Assembly: GCA_038204725.1 (NCBI GenBank)
Contig: JBBRCQ010000005.1
Span: 17,030-81,029 of the forward strand
Length of the DNA stretch: 64,000 bases
Source of the DNA: Bacteroidales bacterium
Lineage (GTDB): Bacteria; Bacteroidota; Bacteroidia; Bacteroidales; JACABE01
Direction: 5' to 3'
This document shows, piece after piece, positions 1 through 9,055 of the stretch. The notes beneath the pieces are model-generated. The model searched no databases. It was not told where the DNA came from and was given only the letters and a program-made list of their open reading frames with translations. The translations under genes were made by a program, and so were the position numbers. The first letter of the stretch is position 1, and each line of letters starts with the position of its first letter.

Positions 1-1284
1 AAACTGGCAAGAGCTGCTGTTAAAACCAATAATATTAGCAGTTTACATTATATTAAAAGAGGTGCACATTTAATTAACACTTCTTTCGACAATGCACCTT
101 TCAGCCAGATAAAAGATGCCAGCAAAATTTATTTATTCGGTTCCGAAATCAATAACGACCACCCTGTGGTTGGTTACATGGTAAGCAATACCCGCTTTAC
201 TAAAAATATTGAAGTGGAAGTGCTCACTACCCTACCCCATCACTCAATGGCTCACAAAGTGGATAAGGTTATCAAAGCAGCTTCGTATTATTATTTTATC
301 AAAGCCATCAATTATTACCTTGTCAGTAATAAACTTTACAATGCAATGTTTATCAAAGATAATTGTGTTGATTTTGATAAATATAAAAAGGAACTGTTGA
401 AAGAAAACTTTGACGACCTGGTAAGACTATCAGGTCTTTCAGCCAATGAAATAGCCAACTGTGCCAATGATTATAATTTACAAATGAATGCCATCATTTT
501 GTTTTCTGAAAAAGAAATTTCAGCACCGGCATCCACAGAATTGTACAATTTAACCATGATAACAGGCAAATTGGGTAAAACTTCCAATGGTTTAATTGCC
601 TTGAAATCTAAAAATAATTCACAAGGTTTGTTTGATATGGGAGCTTATCCTAAATTTGGAGTAGGTTATCAGGAAATTGATAACAAGGATTTTATCAAAA
701 AAATGCAAGATATTTGGGAAGTCAGCGATTTATCAACACAATATACCAATGAACAAGAACGATTGTTGCGTGAAGGAAAAATTAAAAACATATTTATCTT
801 TGGCGAAGATCCATTAGGTTGTGGCATCGACAAAGAAAATCTGCTCCAGGTAGCTTCAAAAGGAGGTTTTGGTGTGGTTCAGGACTACTTCATGACTGAA
901 ACTGCGCAAATGGCCGATTTGGTGCTTCCGGCTTCGTTACCCTTTGAAATTGGCGGACATTTTACCAATACTCAAAGGTACATTCAAAGAGTAAACCAGT
1001 CATTACTTTCACCATTTTCGGATACATCTTATATGCAATTATTTACACTGCTCAAAAAAATGGGTGTAAAAACTACCTCTGATGTAAATGATGTTATGAT
1101 GGAAGCAATATCTTTGTTGCCTGATTTTGAAAGTGATGAAGAAAGATCCAGTTATCGTTTTATAGAAACAACTGACAATAATTACCAGGCTTTATTTACA
1201 AATGGATGCGATTATGTTGTCAAAAATTTTGATGATGAATTTAATGAAAAAATTAGCCACTTAGAAACAAAGAAAAAGTCTTAG
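1..1284 (+). CDS. molybdopterin-oxidoreductase-family protein (NuoG / formate-dehydrogenase-alpha-like), 5' end outside the window
   Basis: Frame 1 is open from nt 1 with no stop before the listed ORF 166..1284. Fold-typical motifs IYLFGSEINNDHPVVG, IFIFGEDPLG and ADLVLPAS are present. Ends at TAG 1282-1284. Confidence 0.6.
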   Translation, partial: KLARAAVKTNNISSLHYIKRGAHLINTSFDNAPFSQIKDASKIYLFGSEINNDHPVVGYMVSNTRFTKNIEVEVLTTLPHHSMAHKVDKVIKAASYYYFIKAINYYLVSNKLYNAMFIKDNCVDFDKYKKELLKENFDDLVRLSGLSANEIANCANDYNLQMNAIILFSEKEISAPASTELYNLTMITGKLGKTSNGLIALKSKNNSQGLFDMGAYPKFGVGYQEIDNKDFIKKMQDIWEVSDLSTQYTNEQERLLREGKIKNIFIFGEDPLGCGIDKENLLQVASKGGFGVVQDYFMTETAQMADLVLPASLPFEIGGHFTNTQRYIQRVNQSLLSPFSDTSYMQLFTLLKKMGVKTTSDVNDVMMEAISLLPDFESDEERSSYRFIETTDNNYQALFTNGCDYVVKNFDDEFNEKISHLETKKKS

Positions 1285-1311
1285 TGTCTTTGTGGCAAAA
1301 AACAAAAAACT

Positions 1312-1767
1312 ATGAAAAAATTTAAAAATATTGATAAAATATTAGACTTTGCCATAGGCGAAGAACAAGCAGCTGTTGAATTATACACCAGTTTAGCTGA
1401 AAACTTTTCTTCTTCTGAAATTAAGGAAATTTTTCTTGATTTTGCAAAGGAAGAAATCAGTCATAAAGCAAAGCTAACAGCTATTAAAGAAAACAGTTTG
1501 TTTGACCTTAAACCTGAAGCTGTTACTGATCTCAAAATCAGCGATTACATGGTAAGCGTGGAGCCATCTCCAAAGATGACTTATGCTGAAGCATTGGTAT
1601 TTGCCATGAAAAAAGAAAAAGCGGCTTTTAAACTTTATACAAAACTGGCAGAAAGAGCTCCCAATGCAGATATTAAAAATGTTTTCCTCTCGCTGGCTGC
1701 AGAAGAATCAAAACACAAATTGCGTTTTGAAATCGAGTACGATGAATATGTATTAAGGGAAAACTAG
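1312..1767 (+). CDS. rubrerythrin/ferritin-like diiron domain protein
   Basis: 151 aa with two repeated helical halves, each carrying an ExxH motif (AKEEISHK, AAEESKHK). ATG start 28 nt after the upstream stop. Confidence 0.7.
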   Translation: MKKFKNIDKILDFAIGEEQAAVELYTSLAENFSSSEIKEIFLDFAKEEISHKAKLTAIKENSLFDLKPEAVTDLKISDYMVSVEPSPKMTYAEALVFAMKKEKAAFKLYTKLAERAPNADIKNVFLSLAAEESKHKLRFEIEYDEYVLREN

Positions 1768-1771
1768 AAGA

Positions 1772-2664
1772 ATGTTAAAAATAAAATTAAATACCTCTTT
1801 TAGGATCATCATCCTAACACTTTCTTTTTTTGTAGTTGCCAACCCTAGCAATGCTTTTTCCAGAACCTGAGTTTTGAGGAATTGCTGGGTCTTCAAAAGG
1901 ATTCGAAAAAGAAAATTACAAAATTCTTTAAAGAAAAAAGCTGGATTCAGGATACAAGTAATTTATTTGTATGGTATTACGGAATTTCTACGAATGCTGA
2001 CAGTGCGGAAGCTATGCTTGGGCTTCGTGACAATAATTGCAAAAAGATTATACTTTATTATTCAATGAGCGATTCTCTTAAATACAATGAACTTAAAACA
2101 AGTGCTTTAAAAATTTCAGAAAAAGACAGTATTATTTATTTTAAAAATGTATCTATTAAAGACTTTACACTTGAAAAGTTGTATGTTAGATTCTATGAAA
2201 CACATGAAGTAAATGAGCAACCTTTATATGCTTTGTGGATATTTTCTAAAACAGATGAGTGGTATTGGAGGGATTTAAATTTATATTGTCTTCCGTTGGA
2301 AAAGAAAATCAATAATCGGGAAGCAATAAATGAAAATAATGAATCGATATATACTGTTGTAGAGACAGCTCCGGAGTTTTCAGGAGGAGATAGTGCAAGA
2401 ATTGAATATTTAAAGTACAATATACGATACCCTAAATATGCAAGAGAAAAAGGGATACTGGGGACCGTTTATTCAACTTTTATTGTAGAGAAAGATGGTA
2501 GTATTACAGATATTAAAATAGTTAAAGGTATCGGTGGAGGCTGTGATGAAGAAGTAATTTATTTAATCAAAAATATGCCTCTATGGAAACCAGGTACTCA
2601 TAATGGGAAAGCTGTAAGAGTTCAGTTCAATTGGCCAGTCAAGTTTACAATAAGTAAAGATTAA
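1772..2664 (+). pseudogene. TonB C-terminal-domain protein, frameshifted just after its signal peptide (or an indel error in a T5 run)
   Basis: ATG 1772 opens a signal-peptide-like ORF (MLKIKLNTSFRIIILTLSFFVVANPSNAFS) in frame 2 that stops at TGA 1868-1870. The body is in frame 1 (open from 1849; listed ORF 1882..2664 starts at TTG and has no signal peptide). It reads QNLSFEELLGLQK, matching the paralog downstream. The C-terminus has a TonB_C-like sequence (APEFSGGDSARIEYL...GILGTVYSTFIVEKDGSITDIKIVKG). Confidence 0.6.
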
Positions 2665-2728
2665 AAAAATAAAACAACTTAACCTTATTCTTTTACTAAA
2701 ATAGTTAATCCACCTAAATAAACAATAA

Positions 2729-3583
2729 GTGAAACAATCAAACATCTCAACGAAAGTAAAAATTTTCATATTACCCATTCTCCTCTTCGCATTCAGTTGT
2801 AATATTTATTCTCAAAACCTGAGTTTCGAGGAATTATTAAGTTTACAAAAAGAGACTAAGAAAAAAACTGAGAAATTTTTTCAGGAGAAAAAATGGGAGA
2901 AGGATGTAAAAACAGTAAATAAATGGATGCATAAGAAAGAAAATTCCACAGAGAATGTCGATGCGATTTTTACGATTTAGACTGAAAACTGCAAGGAGGA
3001 TATTATCAATTATATCATAAGTGATTCATTTATTTTTAATAGATTAAAAGATAATTTTGTTCTTCTATCAGAAAAAAAGGACAATATTTATTCCGCAGGT
3101 AATTATGTTAATGATTATATTTTCAATGATTTATATGTAGGGTTTTTCCAGGCAAAAAAAACGAAGCAGCCTGACTTTTATGCTGTCTGGATATTTTCAA
3201 TGTCAGATGGCTGGTATTTTAAAAATTTAAACAAATTCTGCTTACCAAAGATCAATGAAAGTAATGCGAAAGCAGCAGATTATTCCAGAGCCGAATTTCC
3301 AGGTGGACAGAAAGAAAGATTAAAATTTATTGAGAAGAACATGGAATATCCAAATGCTGCATATGATAAAGGAATTGAAGGGGCTGTATATGTTAGCTTT
3401 TATGTAGAAGAAGATGGTAGCCTTAGCAATATTGAAATTATCAAAGGATTGGAAGGTGGTTTTAACGAAGAAGTTGTCAGGTTAATAAAACTGATGCCGA
3501 AATGGAAACCTGCTATTCGCGATGGAAAACCAATAAGAATGAAAATCAGTTATCCTATGGCATTTAGGCTAAATGATTTATAA
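2729..3583 (+). pseudogene. TonB C-terminal-domain paralog interrupted by one in-frame TAG
   Basis: Listed ORFs 2729..2980 and 3200..3583 are in the same frame. No other stop lies between TAG 2978-2980 and 3200. The translation across the gap (TENCKEDIINYIISDSF...AVWIFSMSDGWYF) aligns with paralog 1 (DNNCKKIILYYSMSDS...ALWIFSKTDEWYW). The N-terminus is signal-peptide-like. Confidence 0.65.
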
Positions 3584-3698
3584 TTGGGCTTTAATAAGAT
3601 TTTAAATCCATTTTTATTTTATCTTAAATCTGGAGATTTATGCTGGATTATAAGAAAGTTTGTGACTTGGGCTATTTTTAAACCATTCTTATTTTCTT

Positions 3699-4571
3699 TT
3701 ATTTATTGATTTTCGAATTTGGAGGAATATTTTCAGTAATCCAGACATTTCCTCCGATGACACTGCTCTCTCCTATTGTGATTCTTCCAAGAATCGTAGC
3801 ATTTGCATAAATTATCACATTGTCTTCAATTACTGGGTGTCGTTGAATATTTTTAATAGGATTTCCCTGATCATCCAATGGAAAACTTTTGGCTCCCAGG
3901 GTTACACCCTGGTAAAGCCTTACATTTTTCCCTATAATTGTTGTTTCTCCAATAACAACACCGGTTCCATGATCAATAAAAAAATGATCCCCAATCTTTG
4001 CAGCCGGATGGATATCAATACCGGTTTTTGAATGGGATATTTCGGAAATCATACGGGGTATTAATTCTACACCCAGTTTATGAAGTTCATGCGCTATACG
4101 GTAATATGTAAGTACTACTATGCTTGGATAACACAATATAGTTTCGCTATAACTCTTTGCTGCCGGATCGTTGTTATAGGCTGCTATCACATCTGTTGAT
4201 AATAAATACCTAATTTCAGGAATTTTTTTTATAAAATTTTCTGATAGCATTACTGAATTCAGTTCACATTCAATACAATTTCTTTCAATTTTACTACAAT
4301 TAAAACAAAATTCCATTTTTAACTGTTCCTGCAACATGCGTTGAATCATTTCCAACTTATGGCTCACATAATCAATGAAAGTACTTTGTGATGGTTCATT
4401 GTTTTCCATAAAAACCGGAAATATAATTTCCCTGATATCATCCACTATTTTAGTGAGTTTTGAAATTGAAGGCAAAGGCGTATCATGATTAGCATGAAAC
4501 ATTAACTCATTATCGCTGAAATCACACAAACGCTCTGCAATATCATTATAAAAAGCATTTTTTTTAATCAT
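3699..4571 (-). CDS. cysE: serine O-acetyltransferase
   Basis: Hexapeptide-repeat core DIHPAAKIGDHFFIDHGTGVVIGETTIIGKNVRLYQGVTLG. Adjacent to and co-directional with cysK. Confidence 0.85.
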   Translation of the reverse strand: MIKKNAFYNDIAERLCDFSDNELMFHANHDTPLPSISKLTKIVDDIREIIFPVFMENNEPSQSTFIDYVSHKLEMIQRMLQEQLKMEFCFNCSKIERNCIECELNSVMLSENFIKKIPEIRYLLSTDVIAAYNNDPAAKSYSETILCYPSIVVLTYYRIAHELHKLGVELIPRMISEISHSKTGIDIHPAAKIGDHFFIDHGTGVVIGETTIIGKNVRLYQGVTLGAKSFPLDDQGNPIKNIQRHPVIEDNVIIYANATILGRITIGESSVIGGNVWITENIPPNSKINK

Positions 4572-4605
4572 CGAATCTATTTTTAAAAAGCATTATTTTA
4601 AAAAA

Positions 4606-5532
4606 TTAATTATTGTCAAATAAGGCAGTGCTTAAATAACGCTCAGCGGTATCAGGTAAAATTACAACTATCATTTTATTCATGTTTTCAGCTCGTTGAG
4701 CAACCTGAATGGCTGCCCATGCAGCTGCGCCAGAAGAAATTCCACAAAAGATTCCTTCCTGCCTGATTAGTTTTCTGGTAGTATCAATGGCATCTTCATT
4801 AGACACCTGAATGATTTCGTCAACCATCTGCATGTTTAATATATCCGGAATAAAACCGGCTCCTAATCCCTGAATTTTATGTGGCGAAGGTGAACCACCC
4901 GATAATACAGGTGATGATAGAGGTTCTACAGCTATACTTTTAAATGCTGGTTTGTATTTTTTAATGATTTCTGAAATACCGGTAATAGAACCACCCGTTC
5001 CTACACCAACTACAAGTATATCTACCTTACCATCTGTATCTTTCCAGATTTCTTCGGCTGTTGTCTTTCTATGAATTTCAGGATTGGCAGGATTCTTAAA
5101 TTGCTGAGGCATAAATGAATTTGGAATGGTGATTAATAATTCCTCTGCTTTTGCAATGGCACCTTTCATCCCTTTGGGTGCTTCTGTCAGGAATATTTCA
5201 GCACCAAAGCTTTTCAAAATGGCTCTTCTTTCTATACTCATGCTTTCGGGCATTGTTAGAATAAGCCGGTAACCTTTCACTGCACAGGTAAACGCAAGTG
5301 CAATCCCTGTATTTCCACTGGTGGGTTCTATAATAACTGTATCTTGATTTAAGAGACCTTGTTTTTCTGCAGCTTCAATCATCGCCATCCCAATTCTGTC
5401 TTTTACCGAACTGGTTGGATTAAAGAATTCCAGCTTTGCAATAACTTTTGCCGGCAAGTCCTTTGTGATTCGGTTTAATTGTACCAAAGGTGTATTTCCT
5501 ATTAGTTCACCTATATGTTTTGCTATTTTCAT
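4606..5532 (-). CDS. cysK: cysteine synthase A (O-acetylserine sulfhydrylase)
   Basis: [12 protein letters not shown] and [11 protein letters not shown] (PLP lysine motif), plus a GTGGSITG loop. The listed ORF extends to 5565, but the internal ATG at 5532 ([16 protein letters not shown]) fits the family N-terminus better. Confidence 0.9.
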   Translation of the reverse strand: MKIAKHIGELIGNTPLVQLNRITKDLPAKVIAKLEFFNPTSSVKDRIGMAMIEAAEKQGLLNQDTVIIEPTSGNTGIALAFTCAVKGYRLILTMPESMSIERRAILKSFGAEIFLTEAPKGMKGAIAKAEELLITIPNSFMPQQFKNPANPEIHRKTTAEEIWKDTDGKVDILVVGVGTGGSITGISEIIKKYKPAFKSIAVEPLSSPVLSGGSPSPHKIQGLGAGFIPDILNMQMVDEIIQVSNEDAIDTTRKLIRQEGIFCGISSGAAAWAAIQVAQRAENMNKMIVVILPDTAERYLSTALFDNN

Positions 5533-5722
5533 GTTTATCAGTTTTACAATTTTATGGATTAACAATAATTCTATAAATTAGTTTATGAATCGAATAATTG
5601 TAAATATTATCTGGCAAAGGGAATCAAACATATCTATTTGAAAATAAGCATAATCAAGTAGAAATCGTTGTAAAAAACGATTCTTAAGTGTTTTATTCTG
5701 ATTGATTTTACTCAATTATTTC

Positions 5723-5776
5723 AAAAAAGCTGGCTCAACCCGTCGGGTACGGAGTTCCCGACGGGTTGTAAACCAG
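5723..5776 (-). terminator. rho-independent terminator downstream of ychF
   Basis: Perfect 11-bp GC-rich stem AACCCGTCGGG (5737-5747) / CCCGACGGGTT (5757-5767) with a 9-nt loop. An outer CTGG/CCAG pairing is present. On the minus strand a T6 run follows directly (complement of A 5723-5728). Confidence 0.55.
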
Positions 5777-5925
5777 GCAAATATCAGTGAACAGTGAACA
5801 GATTACATCCAAAGGACATAACCCTATAATCTTCGTAAAAAAGGAATCGTGAACATCAAAGGGGCTTAGCCCTGACATCGTTACAGATAGAGGTTGAATA
5901 CTATTTTAATATATAAACAGTCTCG

Positions 5926-7023
5926 TTATACGTTGAAGCGGATATTCAAAATATCGCCGTCGCAAATGATATAACTTTTACCTTCAACGGCAAGTTTACC
6001 GGCTTCCTTAATCTTTGCTTCTGAAGCATATTTGAGCATATCCTCGTATTTGATTACTTCGGCGCGGATAAATCCTCTTTCAAGGTCGCTATGGATAGCA
6101 CCGGCAGCCTGAGGAGCTGTCATTCCCCTGCGAATGGTCCAAGCACGGTTTTCTTTTCCTCCAACTGTAAAAAATGAGATAAGGTTAAGCAATCGATATG
6201 CAGAACGAATCAGTTTATTCACGCCGGGTTCGGCTAAACCATAATCCTGCAAAAACGCTAAACGGTCTTCTTCGGTATCCAATGCGGCAATATCAGCTTC
6301 CAATGCACCGGCAATTACTAATACCTCTGCATTTTCATCTTTAACAGCCTCTTTAAATGTATCCACATAAGCATTTCCTTTGATTGCAGAATCTTCATCA
6401 ACATTGCATACATACATCATTGGTTTATCGGTCAACAAATACATATCGTTTACCCATTTCTTATCTTCTTCAGATATTTCCATCGTGCGAACATTTTGAA
6501 AATTTTCAAGTTGATCTTTGTATCGAGTCAGGACTTCTATCCCATGTTTAGCATCTTTATCTCCTGCTTTTACAAGTTTTTCAGTACGGAGTATTTTACG
6601 TTCAATAAGTTCCAGATCTTTAACTTGTAATTCAAGATCAATAATTTCCTTATCACGCACTGGATTGACTGATCCTTCCACATGTGGCAAATTTTCGTTG
6701 TCAAAACAACGTAAAACATGAATAATGGCATCAGTTTGACGGATATCTGCAAGAAACGCATTCCCAACACCTTCTCCCTGGTTAGAACCTTTAGCCAATC
6801 CAGGTATATCAACAATTTCAATTGTTACAGGAATTACTTTTTCTGCTTTGATTATTTTGTTCAATTCAAGTAAACGTAAATCAGGAACAGTTGCAACTCC
6901 CATATTAGATTTGTTGGTACTATAGGCAAAACTTGTAGTTTCTGCTTTCGTATTTGAAATACAATTGAATAATGTTGTTTTTCCGATATTTGTCAATCCG
7001 ATAATACCACATTTTAATGCCAT
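5926..7023 (-). CDS. ychF: redox-regulated ribosome-binding ATPase YchF
   Basis: N-terminal P-loop MALKCGIIGLTNIGKTTLFN. 365 aa with a conserved TGS-like C-terminus (DGDILNIRFNV). Confidence 0.95.
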   Translation of the reverse strand: MALKCGIIGLTNIGKTTLFNCISNTKAETTSFAYSTNKSNMGVATVPDLRLLELNKIIKAEKVIPVTIEIVDIPGLAKGSNQGEGVGNAFLADIRQTDAIIHVLRCFDNENLPHVEGSVNPVRDKEIIDLELQVKDLELIERKILRTEKLVKAGDKDAKHGIEVLTRYKDQLENFQNVRTMEISEEDKKWVNDMYLLTDKPMMYVCNVDEDSAIKGNAYVDTFKEAVKDENAEVLVIAGALEADIAALDTEEDRLAFLQDYGLAEPGVNKLIRSAYRLLNLISFFTVGGKENRAWTIRRGMTAPQAAGAIHSDLERGFIRAEVIKYEDMLKYASEAKIKEAGKLAVEGKSYIICDGDILNIRFNV

Positions 7024-7081
7024 AGGTTTTGTTTTTTAGACTGCAAAGGTAAGAAAAGTTTGTGAAGTTAAAAAGCAAAGC

Positions 7082-7624
7082 TTACATTTGAGTGTTGGGA
7101 AACATCAGCTCATTTTCTTCAAAACTTTGTTTCAACAATAGATACAGTTCATTGGGCTTTTTATTTTCAATAGTGTAGGTAAACCTTGCTTGCTGGTAAA
7201 ATGATTCTCTTTTATTTAATTGAGTATTCACATAAGTATTTAATTCATCCCGAGAAAGATTCATGAGCAAAGGTCGTTTTTTTTTGGTGTGCAACAACCG
7301 ATCAACGATAGAATTGGGATGTAATTTAAAATATACAGAAATGCCATGCTCATTGATAAGCTGCATATTATTGAAAAAACAGGGAGTTCCTCCACCTGTA
7401 GCTATTACCACATGCTCTTGTTTTAAACTTTCCAGCAAAATACCTTTTTCTAATTCTCTGAATTTATCTTCTCCAAAAAGTTCAAAGAAATTGGTAATGG
7501 TCATTTTATATTTACTTTCAAAAGCGTCATCAATATCAATGAATTCCATGTTTAATTTTCGGGCAAGCTGCTTCCCTATTGTGGATTTCCCACTCGACAT
7601 AAAACCAATCAGAATTATACGCAT
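7082..7624 (-). CDS. aroK: shikimate kinase
   Basis: MRIILIGFMSSGKSTIGKQLARKLNMEFIDID P-loop, ATGGG motif, about 180 aa. Confidence 0.9.
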   Translation of the reverse strand: MRIILIGFMSSGKSTIGKQLARKLNMEFIDIDDAFESKYKMTITNFFELFGEDKFRELEKGILLESLKQEHVVIATGGGTPCFFNNMQLINEHGISVYFKLHPNSIVDRLLHTKKKRPLLMNLSRDELNTYVNTQLNKRESFYQQARFTYTIENKKPNELYLLLKQSFEENELMFPNTQM

Positions 7625-7633
7625 TTGGTTGTT

Positions 7634-7670
7634 GGTTATTAGGTTATTAGGTTATTAGGTTATTAGGTTA
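7634..7670. repeat. octamer tandem array GGTTATTA x4 plus a partial unit
   Basis: Exact units at 7634, 7642, 7650 and 7658, then GGTTA. Lies 10 nt from the aroK start codon. Confidence 0.95.
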
Positions 7671-7671
7671 G

Positions 7672-7792
7672 TGAGCTTTTGCTCAGTCCCGAGCTACAAT
7701 TTCTCGACGCTCAGTACCGAGCTACAATTTCTCGACGCTCAGTCCCGAGCTACAATTTCTCGACGCTAAGTCCCGAGCTACAATTTCTTACG
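7672..7792. repeat. leader stem-loop TGAGC-TTTT-GCTCA followed by a 28-nt unit x4
   Basis: Unit GCTCAGTCCCGAGCTACAATTTCTCGAC starts at 7681, 7709, 7737 and 7765. Copies 2 and 4 have single-base variants, and copy 4 ends TTAC. Confidence 0.95.
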
Positions 7793-7935
7793 AAGTATGA
7801 GTTAGAAATTGTTATTCGGGAAAGTATGAGTTAGAAATTGTTATTCGGGAAAGTATGAGTTAGAAATTGTTATTCGGGAAAGTATAAGTTAGAAATTGTT
7901 ATTCGGAAAAGTATGAGTTAGAAATTGTTATTCGG
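7792..7935. repeat. 29-nt tandem unit x5, whose core is inverted relative to the 28-nt units
   Basis: Unit GAAAGTATGAGTTAGAAATTGTTATTCGG starts at 7792 (28 nt), 7820, 7849, 7878 and 7907. AGAAATTGTTATTCGGG is the imperfect reverse complement of CCCGAGCTACAATTTCT. Confidence 0.95.
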
Positions 7936-7982
7936 GATTAGGTTACTGTTTAATAGTTAAAATTTTAATTCTACTTCCGCTC

Positions 7983-8825
7983 CTACTTTTTCCACTTGTT
8001 ATGTAATTTTCTTTTCTTTTTATTGTTAAGTCCTGAATTGTAGGAACGATTGTTATCACCTTTTGATTTTTCCCATAAACTATTGCTACTACGGCTTTCA
8101 AAATGCACATTCAAATCAAATTTATAAACAACACCCAACGACATATATCCAAAACCTTCCCGTTTGGACGAAGTAGATCTGAAAGCATCCAGATCATCCG
8201 AATTTGTATAATTTAACGCAGTTTCAAAATTAAACAACCATTTTTTATTTAACTGATATCCAATTCCTAATCCTAATTTCAGTAAAGATTCAGTTGTAAA
8301 ATTAGTATGATTTCCATTTTGATCAAATCCCATTGCATTTTGAAATACATCGGTTGTAATATCCCGTCTGATAGCATCAAAACTAAAAAGTCCCATTCCT
8401 GCAAAAGCATAAAATTTGAATTTACTGGATTCCGGCCTTTTCAATATATAATCGAGAAAATGAAATGTAACATCCATGTCCATTGAATAAACAGATCCTT
8501 TGAAATACATACTTGTTTTTTCGTTGCTTCCCGATAGTTTACCATAGGCAAGATGTCCTCTGATTCCCCAAAAACGGGAAATATCTTTTGTTAAACTTAC
8601 ATTTATCATCAAGTTTTTATCGGTATAATAAAATCCACTTAAAGGAGTATTGCTCCATATTCTTCCTTTGTTATCATTTACATCACCATAAAAATAGTTC
8701 ATACCTATATTCGCACCTAAACCCCAGTGATCAAAAAAAGGATAGGTTTGCTGTGCATAAACAATTGATTTACTGAACAGAAATAAGAATAAAACAACAA
8801 ATATTTTAGGGCATTTAGTCAACAT
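7983..8825 (-). CDS. outer-membrane beta-barrel protein (porin-like), same family as the N-terminus of 58454..59794
   Basis: Signal peptide, alternating beta-strand pattern, and N-terminal motif FFDHWGLGANIGMNYFYGDVN (compare FDNWSFNVNGGASLFWGDL in 58454..59794). The tail is basic. Confidence 0.6.
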   Translation of the reverse strand: MLTKCPKIFVVLFLFLFSKSIVYAQQTYPFFDHWGLGANIGMNYFYGDVNDNKGRIWSNTPLSGFYYTDKNLMINVSLTKDISRFWGIRGHLAYGKLSGSNEKTSMYFKGSVYSMDMDVTFHFLDYILKRPESSKFKFYAFAGMGLFSFDAIRRDITTDVFQNAMGFDQNGNHTNFTTESLLKLGLGIGYQLNKKWLFNFETALNYTNSDDLDAFRSTSSKREGFGYMSLGVVYKFDLNVHFESRSSNSLWEKSKGDNNRSYNSGLNNKKKRKLHNKWKK

Positions 8826-9055
8826 CTACAATTACTTTAGAATTTGGTTCAAAATTAGTAATTTTTCCCGCTTTTAAAGGCGATGAATTACACATTATTT
8901 TAATATTATAACAATTGAAATTTCAAAATAGCTCTTAAATGTTTCTGTAAACAAATACTGTCTTTTTAAATGTTGTTGGTTAAAAACGAACTGAGATTGA
9001 TTTAAATTTATATTTACTAAAAGCAAATAAATTTAAGTAAATAAAAATCAGCCAA

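Noticed and set aside
2978-2980. TAG reassignment or programmed read-through in the TonB_C paralog
   Set aside because: TAG terminates several well-supported neighbouring genes (1282, 1765, 7983, 22412). A simple nonsense mutation is the most economical reading.
5737-5767. GC-rich 11-bp hairpin as another member of the dispersed repeat family (it shares TCCCGA)
   Set aside because: Apart from the hexamer there is no similarity to the leader or core. Its structure and following T-run fit an ordinary intrinsic terminator. The lpxD terminator (25090-25122) also begins AGTCCCGA, which I treat as coincidence unless a profile search says otherwise.
7263-7658. 131-aa plus-strand ORF, and similar listed ORFs such as 209..400, 6518..6721, 12928..13248, 15307..15579, 20192..20614, 31155..31409, 46719..46913, 53464..53784 and 57352..57591
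   Set aside because: All lie inside, and antisense or out of frame to, strongly supported conserved genes (aroK, ychF, the oxidoreductase, the acyl-CoA dehydrogenase, uvrB, ispH, the Na/Pi transporter, DUF4340, phoH). They have shadow-ORF composition.
7681-7935. CRISPR array, given the 28-29-nt repeats with hairpin potential
   Set aside because: The units are directly abutting with no unique spacers. There are two unit types in inverted orientation, and no cas genes in the window.
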